Program-made: the position numbers and the translations under genes
Origin: Gemmatimonadota bacterium
GTDB lineage: Bacteria; Gemmatimonadota; Gemmatimonadetes; Gemmatimonadales; Gemmatimonadaceae
Assembly: GCA_031372565.1 (NCBI GenBank)
Contig: JANMLN010000020.1
Location: 1 to 64,000, forward strand
DNA: 64,000 nt
Reading direction: 5' to 3'
The notes under the pieces: generated by a model
Told to the model about the DNA's origin: nothing
What the model saw: the letters and a program-made list of their open reading frames with translations, nothing else
Databases searched by the model: none
Shown here: positions 22,539 through 31,959 of the stretch, in pieces
Position numbering within the stretch: the first letter of the stretch is position 1
How the letters are laid out: every line of letters begins with the position of its first letter

Positions 22539-22700
22539 ATGAGCCGTCGGAGCGACAATCAGATGACCGAGACGTTCGAGTACGCCATCCCTGCGGACCA
22601 GCGCTCTGCACCGCGATCGTCGGTGTGCGTGGCCCTCGGCTTCATCGTGGGCTTCCTGGTCCTGTTATTCACTGTGGCGGCACGGCCTATATTGCGCTGA
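22539..22700 (+). CDS. Putative 53-aa single-pass membrane protein (not in ORF track)
   Basis: MSRRSDNQMTETFEYAIPADQRSAPRSSVCVALGFIVGFLVLLFTVAARPILR*; stop overlaps next ATG (TGATG). Confidence 0.45.
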   Translation: MSRRSDNQMTETFEYAIPADQRSAPRSSVCVALGFIVGFLVLLFTVAARPILR

Positions 22701-23170
22701 TGCGCTACTCCTTCGTTCGCGCCCTGTGGGTGCTGTCGTTCGCCACGACGGCGCTCGCGGCGCAGCAGGTGGTCCCGCAGGGCACGGCTGCAGCACCGCG
22801 CGCTGGCCGCGGATCAGTACGGCTTGGTCCTCCGCGCGACACGGGTGATGTCGCCCTGCGCGCGGCGGCCACGGCGCAGCGCCGCAACGTGCCGATCGAG
22901 TTCTCCGCGACCGTGGTCAAGTTGCTCAAGGATGACCGCGAGGGGAGTTCGCACCAGCGCTTCCTCGTGAAGGCGGCCGGGCTGTCGGTTCTGGTGGCGC
23001 ACAACATCGACCTGGCGGAGCGCGCGCAGGTGAAGGTGGGTGATGTGGTGCGGATGCGCGGTGAGTACGTCTGGAATGACAAGGGCGGCGTGATGCACTG
23101 GACACACCGTGATCCACGTGGGCGGCACGCGGCCGGCTTCATCGACGTCAACGGGCAGCGGGTGCAGTAG
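22700..23170 (+). CDS. DUF3465-like exported protein
   Basis: LLKDDREGSSHQRF, VAHNIDLA, GEYVWNDKGGVMHWTHRDP; signal peptide. Confidence 0.8.
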   Translation: MRYSFVRALWVLSFATTALAAQQVVPQGTAAAPRAGRGSVRLGPPRDTGDVALRAAATAQRRNVPIEFSATVVKLLKDDREGSSHQRFLVKAAGLSVLVAHNIDLAERAQVKVGDVVRMRGEYVWNDKGGVMHWTHRDPRGRHAAGFIDVNGQRVQ

Positions 23171-23240
23171 CGCCCCGCGTCCGAGGGTCCTGTCAGACCC
23201 TCCCGCCATCCTTGTGTCGTCCCTCACTGGAGACGGCACG

Positions 23241-24572
23241 ATGCAACAGCAGATCCTGACCGAACACGAGTTCGACCCCGCACTGCCCGGCTGGCGGGTG
23301 CGGGTGCTTCTCACCATCAGAGGCACCTCCACGGCCGCCCAGCGCGTCCCTCTGGGGATGGCGCTCGTCATCGACCGATCCGGCTCGATGAGCGGGAGCA
23401 AGATCGAGGCGGCACGCGATGCCGCGGCCGGCTTCATTCGCCGTCTGCACCCCGACGATCGCGTTGGTGTGGTCCTGTTCGACGACACCGTCGAGACGCT
23501 GAGCGATCCCGTGACCGGCGCCGAGCAGGCCGGGCTGCTGCACGAGCTCGCGCAGGTGGAGGTCCGGGGCAGCACCAACCTGAGCGGTGGCTGGTTGCGT
23601 GGCCGCGATCAGATGGTCCCCCTGCCCAACGCGGGCGGCATCCGTCGCGTGCTGTTGCTGACCGACGGTCAGGCCAACGAAGGCATCACGGACCGCGGGC
23701 AGCTTGCCGCGATGGCGCGTGCGGCGCATGCCCTCGGCATCTCGACGAGCGCGATCGGTTTTGGTGATGACTACGACGAGGAGCTGCTCAAGGGGATGGC
23801 CGACGCTGGCGGCGGCAACCTCTGGCACATCGAGCGCGCCGACCAGACGCAGCAGGTCTTCCAGGAGGAACTCGCCGGCCTGCAGTCCCTCTCGGCGCAG
23901 AACCTGGCCGTCGAGCTGCGCCCATCAGACAGCGTGGGGTCGTTCGCGGTGGTGCACGATTACCCCGCATCGGTGCTTCCCGACGGCACGCGCATCGAGC
24001 TCGGTGATCTGTATGCCCGCGAGCCACGCAAACTGCTGGTGGAGTTCGTGCTGCCGGCGCTCACGCCCGATGTGCGCGCCGACCTCTCGGTTGCCAGTGT
24101 ACAGCTGAGTGCACATGTGCTGCTGGCCGACGGCGGCATCGAACTGCGCGTGGTGACCTTTCCGGTGGTGCTCACGCTCGCGGGACAGGGGAGCATGCAC
24201 CCGGAGGTACGTCGCGAGGTGGTGCTGCTGGCCGCCGCCAAGGCGCGCGACGAGGCCGTGGCGCGCGCGCGGGCCGGCGACGCGGAGTCGGCAAGTCACC
24301 TGCTGCGCCATCAGGCGCGTGCCATGCGCGAGAGCGGGCTCGACGACGCCATGGTGATGTCGCAGGCCAGCGACCTCGAGCACACCGCGCGCGAGATCGA
24401 GTCGCACGGCGTGCGCGAGCATGACATGAAGTACATGAAGCAGCGCGCCTACAATCAGCGACGCGGCAAGGCGTCGTATGACGCGATCCTGGCGCGGCCG
24501 ATGCTGCCGGACGATTCGCAGGGTGCGCCGCCGAGCCCGCTGCGACGGCCGCGGAAGCCCAAGACCACGTGA
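23241..24572 (+). CDS. vWA domain protein (YfbK/chloride-channel-homolog type)
   Basis: MIDAS motif DRSGSM, GSTNL, LLTDGQAN, IGFG..YDE..L; GGAG upstream. Confidence 0.88.
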   Translation: MQQQILTEHEFDPALPGWRVRVLLTIRGTSTAAQRVPLGMALVIDRSGSMSGSKIEAARDAAAGFIRRLHPDDRVGVVLFDDTVETLSDPVTGAEQAGLLHELAQVEVRGSTNLSGGWLRGRDQMVPLPNAGGIRRVLLLTDGQANEGITDRGQLAAMARAAHALGISTSAIGFGDDYDEELLKGMADAGGGNLWHIERADQTQQVFQEELAGLQSLSAQNLAVELRPSDSVGSFAVVHDYPASVLPDGTRIELGDLYAREPRKLLVEFVLPALTPDVRADLSVASVQLSAHVLLADGGIELRVVTFPVVLTLAGQGSMHPEVRREVVLLAAAKARDEAVARARAGDAESASHLLRHQARAMRESGLDDAMVMSQASDLEHTAREIESHGVREHDMKYMKQRAYNQRRGKASYDAILARPMLPDDSQGAPPSPLRRPRKPKTT

Positions 24573-24662
24573 TCCACGCGCGCCCGGCCGATCTGGCCGG
24601 GCGCGTGCTGTGTGCGCGGCTGGCATTGCGCCGCTGCGCGCCCAGCGCCAATCTCACCCGCG

Positions 24663-25838
24663 ATGCCCAGCCCCCATCATCTCGTCGCTGTCTGGAACCC
24701 CTCGTACGAACGCGACGCGCTCGCGCTGCATCTCGACGTGCTGCTCGCGCGCATGAAAGCGGTGCGTGCTGCGGGTGACGACGAGGACGACGCCTACGTG
24801 TGGTGGGGCAAGGTGCGGTCGCGCAACCGACAGGCGCCGCTGCCGCATCTGGCCGATCTGCTTGCATTGGACCGCGAGATCGCGGCGAGTCTCGAGCAGG
24901 GGATCGAGCATCACCTGTACCTCACCGACTATCGCTCGCTGTATGTCGCCCACTTGGCGGAAGTCCGAGCGGGCGACGATGCGTCGGTGTTGCAGGACAC
25001 CACCCGCATGCCGGCGTACTACGCGGCACGCGACTTCAGCAGCGATTGCTGGTTCAAGCTGTGGGATATTCGTCGCGTGGTCGTGGATGACACGCCGGCC
25101 GTGCAGGCCGAGCTCGCGAAGCTCCGCAACGTGCGCTATCACGACCGGCCGGTCTCCCTGTACGGCGGGATGGCCGATCTGCCGCTGATCGTCACGCGCG
25201 CGGATACCGCGCCGTGGTTCGACCCCGATGTGCGCGATCAGCTCACGGGTGGACGGTACTGGGCCGAGTTCGACGGCGAGATGGCGGGTACGGCGGCCAT
25301 GGAAGCGGAGTTGCGCGATCACCGCTTTGGCGCAGCGCTGTGGACCAGGCTCGAGCCGATGACGCGTCGCTTCATCGCGACGGCCGAGCAGCTCTACCGC
25401 GCGCACTGGCGCGATGCGGGGTTCGATCTCGGCGTGGTCGCGCTCAACCTCGCGAAGGCGGTGGAGGTGCAGCTGACCGTGATCGTGGCCGCCGCGCTGC
25501 GCGACGCACCACCGGCCCTGCGCATGGTGAACGTGGATGGCGCGTCGGTGGACCTGGCGGAGGGCCGCGCGCTCTCGCTGGGTGAGATGGCGCGCGCACT
25601 GACGCACGATCACGCGCGGATGAACTGGCTGGCGTCGAAGCTCGGCGATGGCAAGTGGCTCGTGGAGGAGTTCGCGGTCTACGTGAACGGCGAGCTGGCA
25701 CCGCTGCGCAATCGAGCGGCGCATCCTGGGGCAGTGACACCCGAAGAGGCGGCGCGGGTCAGGGCGCGGCTGGTGGGGGTGGGGAGCGCGGGCGAGCTGC
25801 TGCGGTTGGCCGGAGTGGGGGCCAAGGGGGCGCGGTAG
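24663..25838 (+). CDS. Hypothetical protein resembling the HP0729 family, with C-terminal RxxxxH motif
   Basis: WNPSY..D....HL, WGKVRS, LYLTDYRSLYVA, PAYY, SLYGG, RNRAAH; family resemblance from memory. Confidence 0.65.
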   Translation: MPSPHHLVAVWNPSYERDALALHLDVLLARMKAVRAAGDDEDDAYVWWGKVRSRNRQAPLPHLADLLALDREIAASLEQGIEHHLYLTDYRSLYVAHLAEVRAGDDASVLQDTTRMPAYYAARDFSSDCWFKLWDIRRVVVDDTPAVQAELAKLRNVRYHDRPVSLYGGMADLPLIVTRADTAPWFDPDVRDQLTGGRYWAEFDGEMAGTAAMEAELRDHRFGAALWTRLEPMTRRFIATAEQLYRAHWRDAGFDLGVVALNLAKAVEVQLTVIVAAALRDAPPALRMVNVDGASVDLAEGRALSLGEMARALTHDHARMNWLASKLGDGKWLVEEFAVYVNGELAPLRNRAAHPGAVTPEEAARVRARLVGVGSAGELLRLAGVGAKGAR

Positions 25839-25846
25839 CCCCGCGC

Positions 25847-26671
25847 CTAGATGAGCCCCGCCATCTTGGCCAGCTGCACGAGCGCCGTCGTGTCCCGCGC
25901 ACCCAATCGTTGGACCATGTTGCTGCGGTGGTTGCCAACGGTGTTCACGCTGATGTCGAGCCGTTCGGCGATGTCCTTCGTTTCGTGGCCCGCCGAGACG
26001 AGGGAGAGGATCTCCTTCTCGCGAACGGACAGCACGTCCCGCCCTGCGGTGTCGGTCGGGTCCGACGAATGCAGCGTTTGCACCTTGTCACGTGCCGCGC
26101 CGTAGGCAACGCGAATCCAGTAGTCGCGGAAGCCGGGCTTCAGCAAGTGGTGCACGTTGTGCACGTAGTTGAACGTGAAGGTGAAGCTCCGGTCTTCGTT
26201 GTACTGGATCGGTACGCCTTTCGAGAAGATGCGGATCGGTCGTCCATCGGTGCGCTGGTAGGCGATGCCGCAGTGGTAGAACACGAGGTTCTGGCGCTCC
26301 TCGACGGGAATCGCGGCCATGGCCCTGGAGAACCACTTCACCGAGTCGCCCGGGAAGGCGGCGTAGTCAGCCTCCAGCAGGCTGAGGATGGTGTGCATCC
26401 GCTGTGACGGCGGGAGCTCCGGCATCGGCCCCCAGAACTCGCGGTCCCCGACCTCGACGACCGGGGTGTACCGGTTGTGGTCGAAGATGCCGAGTACGAC
26501 ATCGGCGCTGTTGACCCCTTGCAAGAGGAGCTCGGCCTGCCGCACGAACTCTTCCATGTCCTTCACCGCGTCCTTGGTGAAGAAGCGGCGCGAGAGTGAC
26601 ACGACGCGGTCGTAGATCTCGCCAGCGCGCCGGAGGTTCGCGAGTTCGATGTCTGCGCTCGTGGCCGTCAT
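25847..26671 (-). CDS. LuxR-type HTH regulator with N-terminal PAS-like sensor region
   Basis: LSVREKEILSLVSAGHETKDIAERLDISVNTVGNHRSNM; no receiver domain seen. Confidence 0.85.
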   Translation of the reverse strand: MTATSADIELANLRRAGEIYDRVVSLSRRFFTKDAVKDMEEFVRQAELLLQGVNSADVVLGIFDHNRYTPVVEVGDREFWGPMPELPPSQRMHTILSLLEADYAAFPGDSVKWFSRAMAAIPVEERQNLVFYHCGIAYQRTDGRPIRIFSKGVPIQYNEDRSFTFTFNYVHNVHHLLKPGFRDYWIRVAYGAARDKVQTLHSSDPTDTAGRDVLSVREKEILSLVSAGHETKDIAERLDISVNTVGNHRSNMVQRLGARDTTALVQLAKMAGLI

Positions 26672-26823
26672 GTTGCTCCCAAGATCGGTCACGGCAGTAG
26701 CGAGTGTCACTATTGATGGCCGGACTCGAGCGGCCGATCATTCGGGCACACACTGACGGCGCACGATTCGACCGATTCCGCGAATCGAAGGACGGCCGTC
26801 GAGACACATGCCCGGAGAAACGT

Positions 26824-27510
26824 ATGACTTTCCACGATTCGTGGGCAGGGGGCTTGTCCACGCCTGGGCGCCGCCCGGCGGCCGCACGCTCCACGGCGCC
26901 GGCCACGAAGCCCGAGACGTTGGCGCATCTCGCCCTGCAACTCTCCGCTGGCGACGATCGGGCGCTCGCGTCGCTGTTCGAGGCATTCGGCGATCTGGTG
27001 CATACGGTGGCGCTGGCCGTGGTACGCGACCATGCGGACGCCAACGACGTCACGAACTTCACCTTCGCCAAGGCATGGCGCGAGCGGGAGCGTTTCGACC
27101 TCGAGCGCGGCACCCTCAACGCCTGGCTGACCACGATCGCCCGGAACCGGGCACTGGACGTCGTGCGCGCGCGCTCACGACGCGAGAAGACGGTGGCACG
27201 GTACGTTCGCGAGTCGGAGTACCCTGCGTGTGGCGAGGGCGATCGCCCGTCTCCTGCTCCGGATGCACTGCGACTCCTCGAAGAGGCGGAGTTGCGCGAT
27301 GTGCTGCGGGTCGCGCTGTCGGCCCTCCCGGCCGCCCAGCGCACGGTCATCGAATTGGCGTATCTCGGTGATCATTCGCACACGGACGTGTCGGTGCAAC
27401 TGGGCGTTCCGCTGGGCACGGTGAAGACCCGGGCGCGCACGGGGCTGCGCCGGATGCGCGAGGTGCTGGCGCAGGACGCACGGTTCCATCGCGAGGTGAT
27501 CGCGGCGTGA
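26824..27510 (+). CDS. ECF RNA polymerase sigma factor (SigK-like)
   Basis: WLTTIARNRALD; LPAAQRTVIELAY; GVPLGTVKTR.R.GL..MR. Start uncertain. Confidence 0.9.
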   Translation: MTFHDSWAGGLSTPGRRPAAARSTAPATKPETLAHLALQLSAGDDRALASLFEAFGDLVHTVALAVVRDHADANDVTNFTFAKAWRERERFDLERGTLNAWLTTIARNRALDVVRARSRREKTVARYVRESEYPACGEGDRPSPAPDALRLLEEAELRDVLRVALSALPAAQRTVIELAYLGDHSHTDVSVQLGVPLGTVKTRARTGLRRMREVLAQDARFHREVIAA

Positions 27511-27628
27511 GCGGTGTGTGATCGGTGTGTGAGCGCGGCCCGCGCGTGGGTGATGCCATGGCGGTAGCCGCTGCCGCCGACCTCATTACCTTGCAGCCGA
27601 ACGCCACGACCCTCCAATCGCGCTGCCC

Positions 27629-28231
27629 ATGCCCATGGATCCGATCTTTCTCCCCGACGTCGAAGCGAACCCGCAGCCGGGTCCGTGGGCGACGGCCATC
27701 AACGCCATGCAGGGGCAGGGAAAGAACTACGCGCAGATCTGGCATCTTTTCGCCTACAAGCCGGAGATGACGGACCACCTGGCCCGCTTCACGCAGGGGG
27801 TGCTGCGCGACGAGGCACCGCTCTCGCCCGGCTTCCGCGAGCTCATTGCCGCGCGCACCTCGAAGCGGAACGACTGCCCGTTCTGAACCAAGTCGCACGC
27901 CGCGGTCGCGGCGCAGCTGCTGGGCAACGAGGCGCTCGTGCACGCGGTCCTCGATGACTTCGAAACGGCGCCGATTCCCGAGCGCGAGAAGGTGCTCTGG
28001 CGCTTCCTCGACAAGGTGAATCACGACGCGCCACGCATTGCGCCGGCCGATATCGGCCCGCTCCATGCCGCAGGCTGGACCGACGAACAGCTCTACTACG
28101 CGATCACCGTCGTGGCGCTCTTCAACTTCTATAACCGCTGGATCGATGCCACCGGCGTGCACGCACTCTCCGACGAGGAACATCGCGAGAACGCCAAGCG
28201 CTCGGCGACCGCCGGTTACATCCGGAAGTAG
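27629..28231 (+). CDS. AhpD/carboxymuconolactone decarboxylase-like peroxidase-related protein with in-frame TGA (probable selenocysteine)
   Basis: RELIAARTSKRNDCPF[TGA 27884-27886]TKSH continues in frame to VALFNFYNRW; TGA occupies the second Cys of CxxCxxxH. Confidence 0.8.
27884..27913 (+). promoter_or_regulatory. Candidate bacterial SECIS element
   Basis: CGCCGC-GGTC-GCGGCG hairpin starting 12 nt after the UGA, with G at the 5' side of the loop. Confidence 0.5.
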
Positions 28232-28282
28232 CGCCGCGCTGGCACCGGGACCTGCGGCGCCCCAGGGGCGTCCAGTCCGCGC

Positions 28283-30571
28283 TCAGACGCCGAGCAGTTC
28301 GCCACCCTTGCCGCGCTCGAAGATGGCGCGGGCCATGGCCACGCGACGACGTGAATCGCCCAGCACGGCGGGAAAATCCGCATGTGCACGCAGCGGCACG
28401 AACAGGGGATGCGCTTCCACCATCGTGATCGGCACGAAGCCGGCCGCCACCGCGCGCTTGAACTGCGCCATGGCCGACTCCACATCGTTGATGCGCAGGT
28501 AGGCGCACACCATCAGGAAGAAGGTCTCCGGGTCCGTATGAAACGCGGTCCCGATCTCGATCGCACGGCGCCCTTCGTCCGGACTGCGAAAGGCGCTCGC
28601 GTAGAGCGCTTCGATGGTCACGAAGTAGCCTTTCGGCATCGTCACGAAGTCGAGCGCCCGGTACGGCGCCTCGAGGCGCGCGTCCTGGCCGCACATCGTG
28701 AGCAGCACGAGCAGTGCGTCGCGGTCCACGGTCGCGCTGCCGTGGTGCAGCATGCCGAACAGCCGGTCCACGTCCCCCGCATGCATGAGCGAGTACTCGA
28801 CGCTGGTCGGCACGGTCGGGTCAAGACGCCGCGCTTCTGCGTGTGCCGCGATGCTCGCATCGACCAGCCCCGCGTAGCGCAGCGCGTGCACGAGCCCGGC
28901 AAAGAGGCTGGCATCGTTGCGGTTCACCTTCGCGTGCCCCAGCAGTCGCGCCACCGCGAGGTCCGCGCGCCCCTGTTCCGCCTCGAGATGGGTGAACCAC
29001 CGGTGCGCCATCGGCAGCTCTGGCGACAGCGCGAGCGCCCGGCGGAACGCCTCCTCCGCACGCCGGTCGTTCTCAGCGCGCTCCTCGAAGTACTTGCCGA
29101 CGACGCGATGACAGCGGCCCAACTGTGCCCATGCGGGCGCGAACAACGGGTCCGCGTCCACCGCCTCGACGAACAGTGCGCGCGCCTCGGGGGCGCGCTT
29201 GAGCGAGTTCGTCAGTTCGAGCCCGCGCAGGAACAGCTCGAAGGCGCGCCCACTCGCTGGCACCTCGCGCCGGAGCGCCTCGACCTCACCCGGGGCCGGT
29301 GCGCGGTGCGGGGCCAGGAGCGCGAGCGTCGCCTGCGTGAGCGCGTCCTCGAGCGCGAAGATGTCGTCCATCGTACCGTTCGCCGTGGAAGCGCCGAGCA
29401 CGGTGCCGCTGCCCGCCTCGATGAGTTGCACCGTGGCGCGGAGCTGTGAGCCGGAGCGCATCAGGCTTCCGGCGAGCACGAGGTCCACGTCCGCTTGCGT
29501 CGCGAGGCGTCGCGGGTCGGCGCCCGGCTCCGACCACGCGGCGGCCACCGACGGCGCGCGCACGACCATGTCGCCGAGCATGGCCAGTGATCCGGAGATC
29601 GCATCGGCGAGACCGAACGAGAGGAAGCTGAGGTCAGGATCGGGGCGCAGCAGCCGCAGCGGGGGCACGACGAGCCGCGTGAGGGCGCGCACCGGGATGG
29701 CCATCGCGGGCCCGCTCGTGACGGCAATGTTCGCGAGCTCGCGCGCCATCGTGTCCGCGTCCACGTGCCGGTTGGCGGGGTCTTTCTCGAGGGACCGGCG
29801 AATGACGCGATCGATGGCCACGACGAAGGGCGGCCCCTGCAAGGCGGGGGGACGCTCGTGCATCGTCGCGTACATCTGGTCGAGCGGTGTGGCACCGGCA
29901 AACGGCGGACGCCCGGCGAGCATCTCGAAGAGCACGGCGCCGGTCGCGTACAGGTCGGTACGATGATCGAGCGGCTCGCCGGTCAATTGCTCGGGCGCCA
30001 TGTAGCGCGGCGTACCCATGATCATGCCGGTGCGCGTCACCTGCGGCGCCGGCCCACTGCTCGCATCGGCCACGGCCATGGCGCTCGCGCGCGCGAGGCC
30101 GAAGTCGAGGACCTTGATGCCGTGCGGCGTGCAGAAGACGTTCGACGGCTTGATGTCGCGATGCACGAGTCCACGCGCGTGCAGCGCCGCGAGCGCGCCG
30201 AGCATCTCGAGCGCCACGCGTGTCGCGTCAGAAGGGGTGAGCGAGCCGCGTGACAGTCGCACGTCGAGCGGCTCGCCGCTCAGCAGCTCCATGGCGAGGC
30301 AGATCCCGTTGGGGGATTCCTCGACCTCGTAGACCTGGCAGATGTTCGGGTGGCTGACGCTCGCGGCGGCGCGCGCCTCGCGCCAGAACCGCTCGACCGT
30401 CGCTTCCTCGTTGACGCCATCGACGAGCTTGAGGGCGACCTCACGTCCGAGCCGTTCGTCGAGCGCGACGTACACGACGCCCATGCCGCCGCGGCCGAGC
30501 AGCCGGACGATGGAGTAGCGGCCGATCTTGTGGCCGGCCGGGAGGTCGGCGGCGCGGGACGCGTCGTTCAT
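28283..30571 (-). CDS. Ser/Thr protein kinase with TolB-N-like and TPR regions
   Basis: GRGGMGVVY, HRDIKPSN, DFGLA, YMAPEQ; helical TPR-like C-terminus. Confidence 0.92.
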   Translation of the reverse strand: MNDASRAADLPAGHKIGRYSIVRLLGRGGMGVVYVALDERLGREVALKLVDGVNEEATVERFWREARAAASVSHPNICQVYEVEESPNGICLAMELLSGEPLDVRLSRGSLTPSDATRVALEMLGALAALHARGLVHRDIKPSNVFCTPHGIKVLDFGLARASAMAVADASSGPAPQVTRTGMIMGTPRYMAPEQLTGEPLDHRTDLYATGAVLFEMLAGRPPFAGATPLDQMYATMHERPPALQGPPFVVAIDRVIRRSLEKDPANRHVDADTMARELANIAVTSGPAMAIPVRALTRLVVPPLRLLRPDPDLSFLSFGLADAISGSLAMLGDMVVRAPSVAAAWSEPGADPRRLATQADVDLVLAGSLMRSGSQLRATVQLIEAGSGTVLGASTANGTMDDIFALEDALTQATLALLAPHRAPAPGEVEALRREVPASGRAFELFLRGLELTNSLKRAPEARALFVEAVDADPLFAPAWAQLGRCHRVVGKYFEERAENDRRAEEAFRRALALSPELPMAHRWFTHLEAEQGRADLAVARLLGHAKVNRNDASLFAGLVHALRYAGLVDASIAAHAEARRLDPTVPTSVEYSLMHAGDVDRLFGMLHHGSATVDRDALLVLLTMCGQDARLEAPYRALDFVTMPKGYFVTIEALYASAFRSPDEGRRAIEIGTAFHTDPETFFLMVCAYLRINDVESAMAQFKRAVAAGFVPITMVEAHPLFVPLRAHADFPAVLGDSRRRVAMARAIFERGKGGELLGV

Positions 30572-30778
30572 GCGGGGGACTGGACTGTTCGGTGCGAGGC
30601 CCACGGCCGACGAGCGGCCATCGCGGAGCGGCGCTGGCAGTGGCGCTGCGTGCGCGGGGGGCGAGCAGGCTGGCGGGTCAGTGCGTGCAACGGGGAAGCT
30701 ACCTGCGACGCCTCAATCCGGCCTCCCCGAAGTCTCGATCCGTCGCCGAACCTGCAAGGGGGGGGATGCGTGCATCGT

Positions 30779-30939
30779 TCACGGCCCCTTGCCGGACGTG
30801 AGCCGCCGCAGTTCCCCGAACCAGTTCTGCAGGATCAGGTAGCGCGACGCGGGCGTGGTACCGCCCGGCGCCCCGGCGGGCGCGGCCGTCGGGGCGATCG
30901 CAGTCTCCCGTCCGGGTGCAGGTCCCAGTTGGTGACGCC
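30779..30939 (-). pseudogene. Remnant 3' end of a kinase/TolB-propeller gene
   Basis: GVTNWDLHPDGR, a frameshift, then ...RYLILQNWFGELRRLTSGKGP*; mirrors the C-terminus of 1615-4374 (FDISPDGKRF...LIFIDNWFVELKQKL). Confidence 0.7.
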
Positions 30940-30949
30940 AACGGCACGC

Positions 30950-31861
30950 CTAGAACAGCTGTTGCACCCCCACTCGTGCGAACGGCACGTTCCCCGGTGA
31001 GAGATCGGCCACGCTGCGACTGCCGATCGCGTACTCGAGCCGACGCAGCACGGTGATGCCCGCCTCCGCCGTCAACTGCCACTTCCCGCCCCCCGGTGCC
31101 CACCGCACCTGCGGGCCAACGGTGGCGTTGGCGAGCCAGAGCGCGTCACCGCCGGCAATGCGCTGCGCCGTGGTCAGGCCGTAGTTCGCACCCGACAGCG
31201 ACGCGTTGAACCCCAGGTCGAGCCCCTTCTGTGGCATCCACCACACATCGGCGCGCGCAGGAAGCAGCGCATCCACGAGCACTCGGCGCGACGGACGCGC
31301 GACGACGTGCAGCACGGGAATCGGCAGCAGCTTGCCGAAGCTCGAGGCGAACGACAGGCCGAGACCGAGCGTGGTACCGGACGACACGATCCGGTCCACG
31401 AATGCCGCACCCTCCACACGAACCGCCTCGCCGTAGAGGCCAGGTCGCAGGACCCCCACCAGCGTGTGTTCCGTGCCGATGGTGCGCAGCATCAGGACAT
31501 CGGCCGCCACCACGTTGAGGGTGGTGAACCCGTCGAACGTGGTCTGACCCCCGAGCTGCGCGAGATCACGGGGCAGCGCGGCGCGGACGGCACGCCACTG
31601 ACCGCCCAGCACGAGAATCGTGTTCCCCTCGTCGAGCACGAAACGATGGCCGAGCGTCACGTGCAGTGACTGCTGTGCGAAGTCGTCGCGGCCGACAACC
31701 CCTGCCGGCAATGTCGTGCTCGTGCCACCGAGCGCCTCCATCCGGACCGTGACGCGCTCGCGCTGCGCGTACAGTGGACGGGTCACCGCACCGGTGAGCA
31801 GCACGGCACCGACGGCAAGCGCCGTCATGTGGCGGGACGACGACAGTACGACGTTCGGCAT
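30950..31861 (-). CDS. Putative outer-membrane beta-barrel protein (DUF6268-like)
   Basis: Signal peptide, alternating beta-strand pattern, LLPIP motif, terminal Phe. Confidence 0.6.
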   Translation of the reverse strand: MPNVVLSSSRHMTALAVGAVLLTGAVTRPLYAQRERVTVRMEALGGTSTTLPAGVVGRDDFAQQSLHVTLGHRFVLDEGNTILVLGGQWRAVRAALPRDLAQLGGQTTFDGFTTLNVVAADVLMLRTIGTEHTLVGVLRPGLYGEAVRVEGAAFVDRIVSSGTTLGLGLSFASSFGKLLPIPVLHVVARPSRRVLVDALLPARADVWWMPQKGLDLGFNASLSGANYGLTTAQRIAGGDALWLANATVGPQVRWAPGGGKWQLTAEAGITVLRRLEYAIGSRSVADLSPGNVPFARVGVQQLF

Positions 31862-31959
31862 GGCGAAGGGGACGGAGGGACCTTGCGGGGGCGCATGAGC
31901 GCTGTCAGACTCCGGCCTAATCCTGACGTCTTCCATCGGCAAACTCAACCGCCGCTCGC

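Noticed and set aside
31903..31924. Further TGTCAG sites (31903 and 50411) as PafBC-type promoters
   Set aside because: At 10-nt spacing the -10 hexamers are AATCCT and ACATCA, which match TAnnnT poorly.
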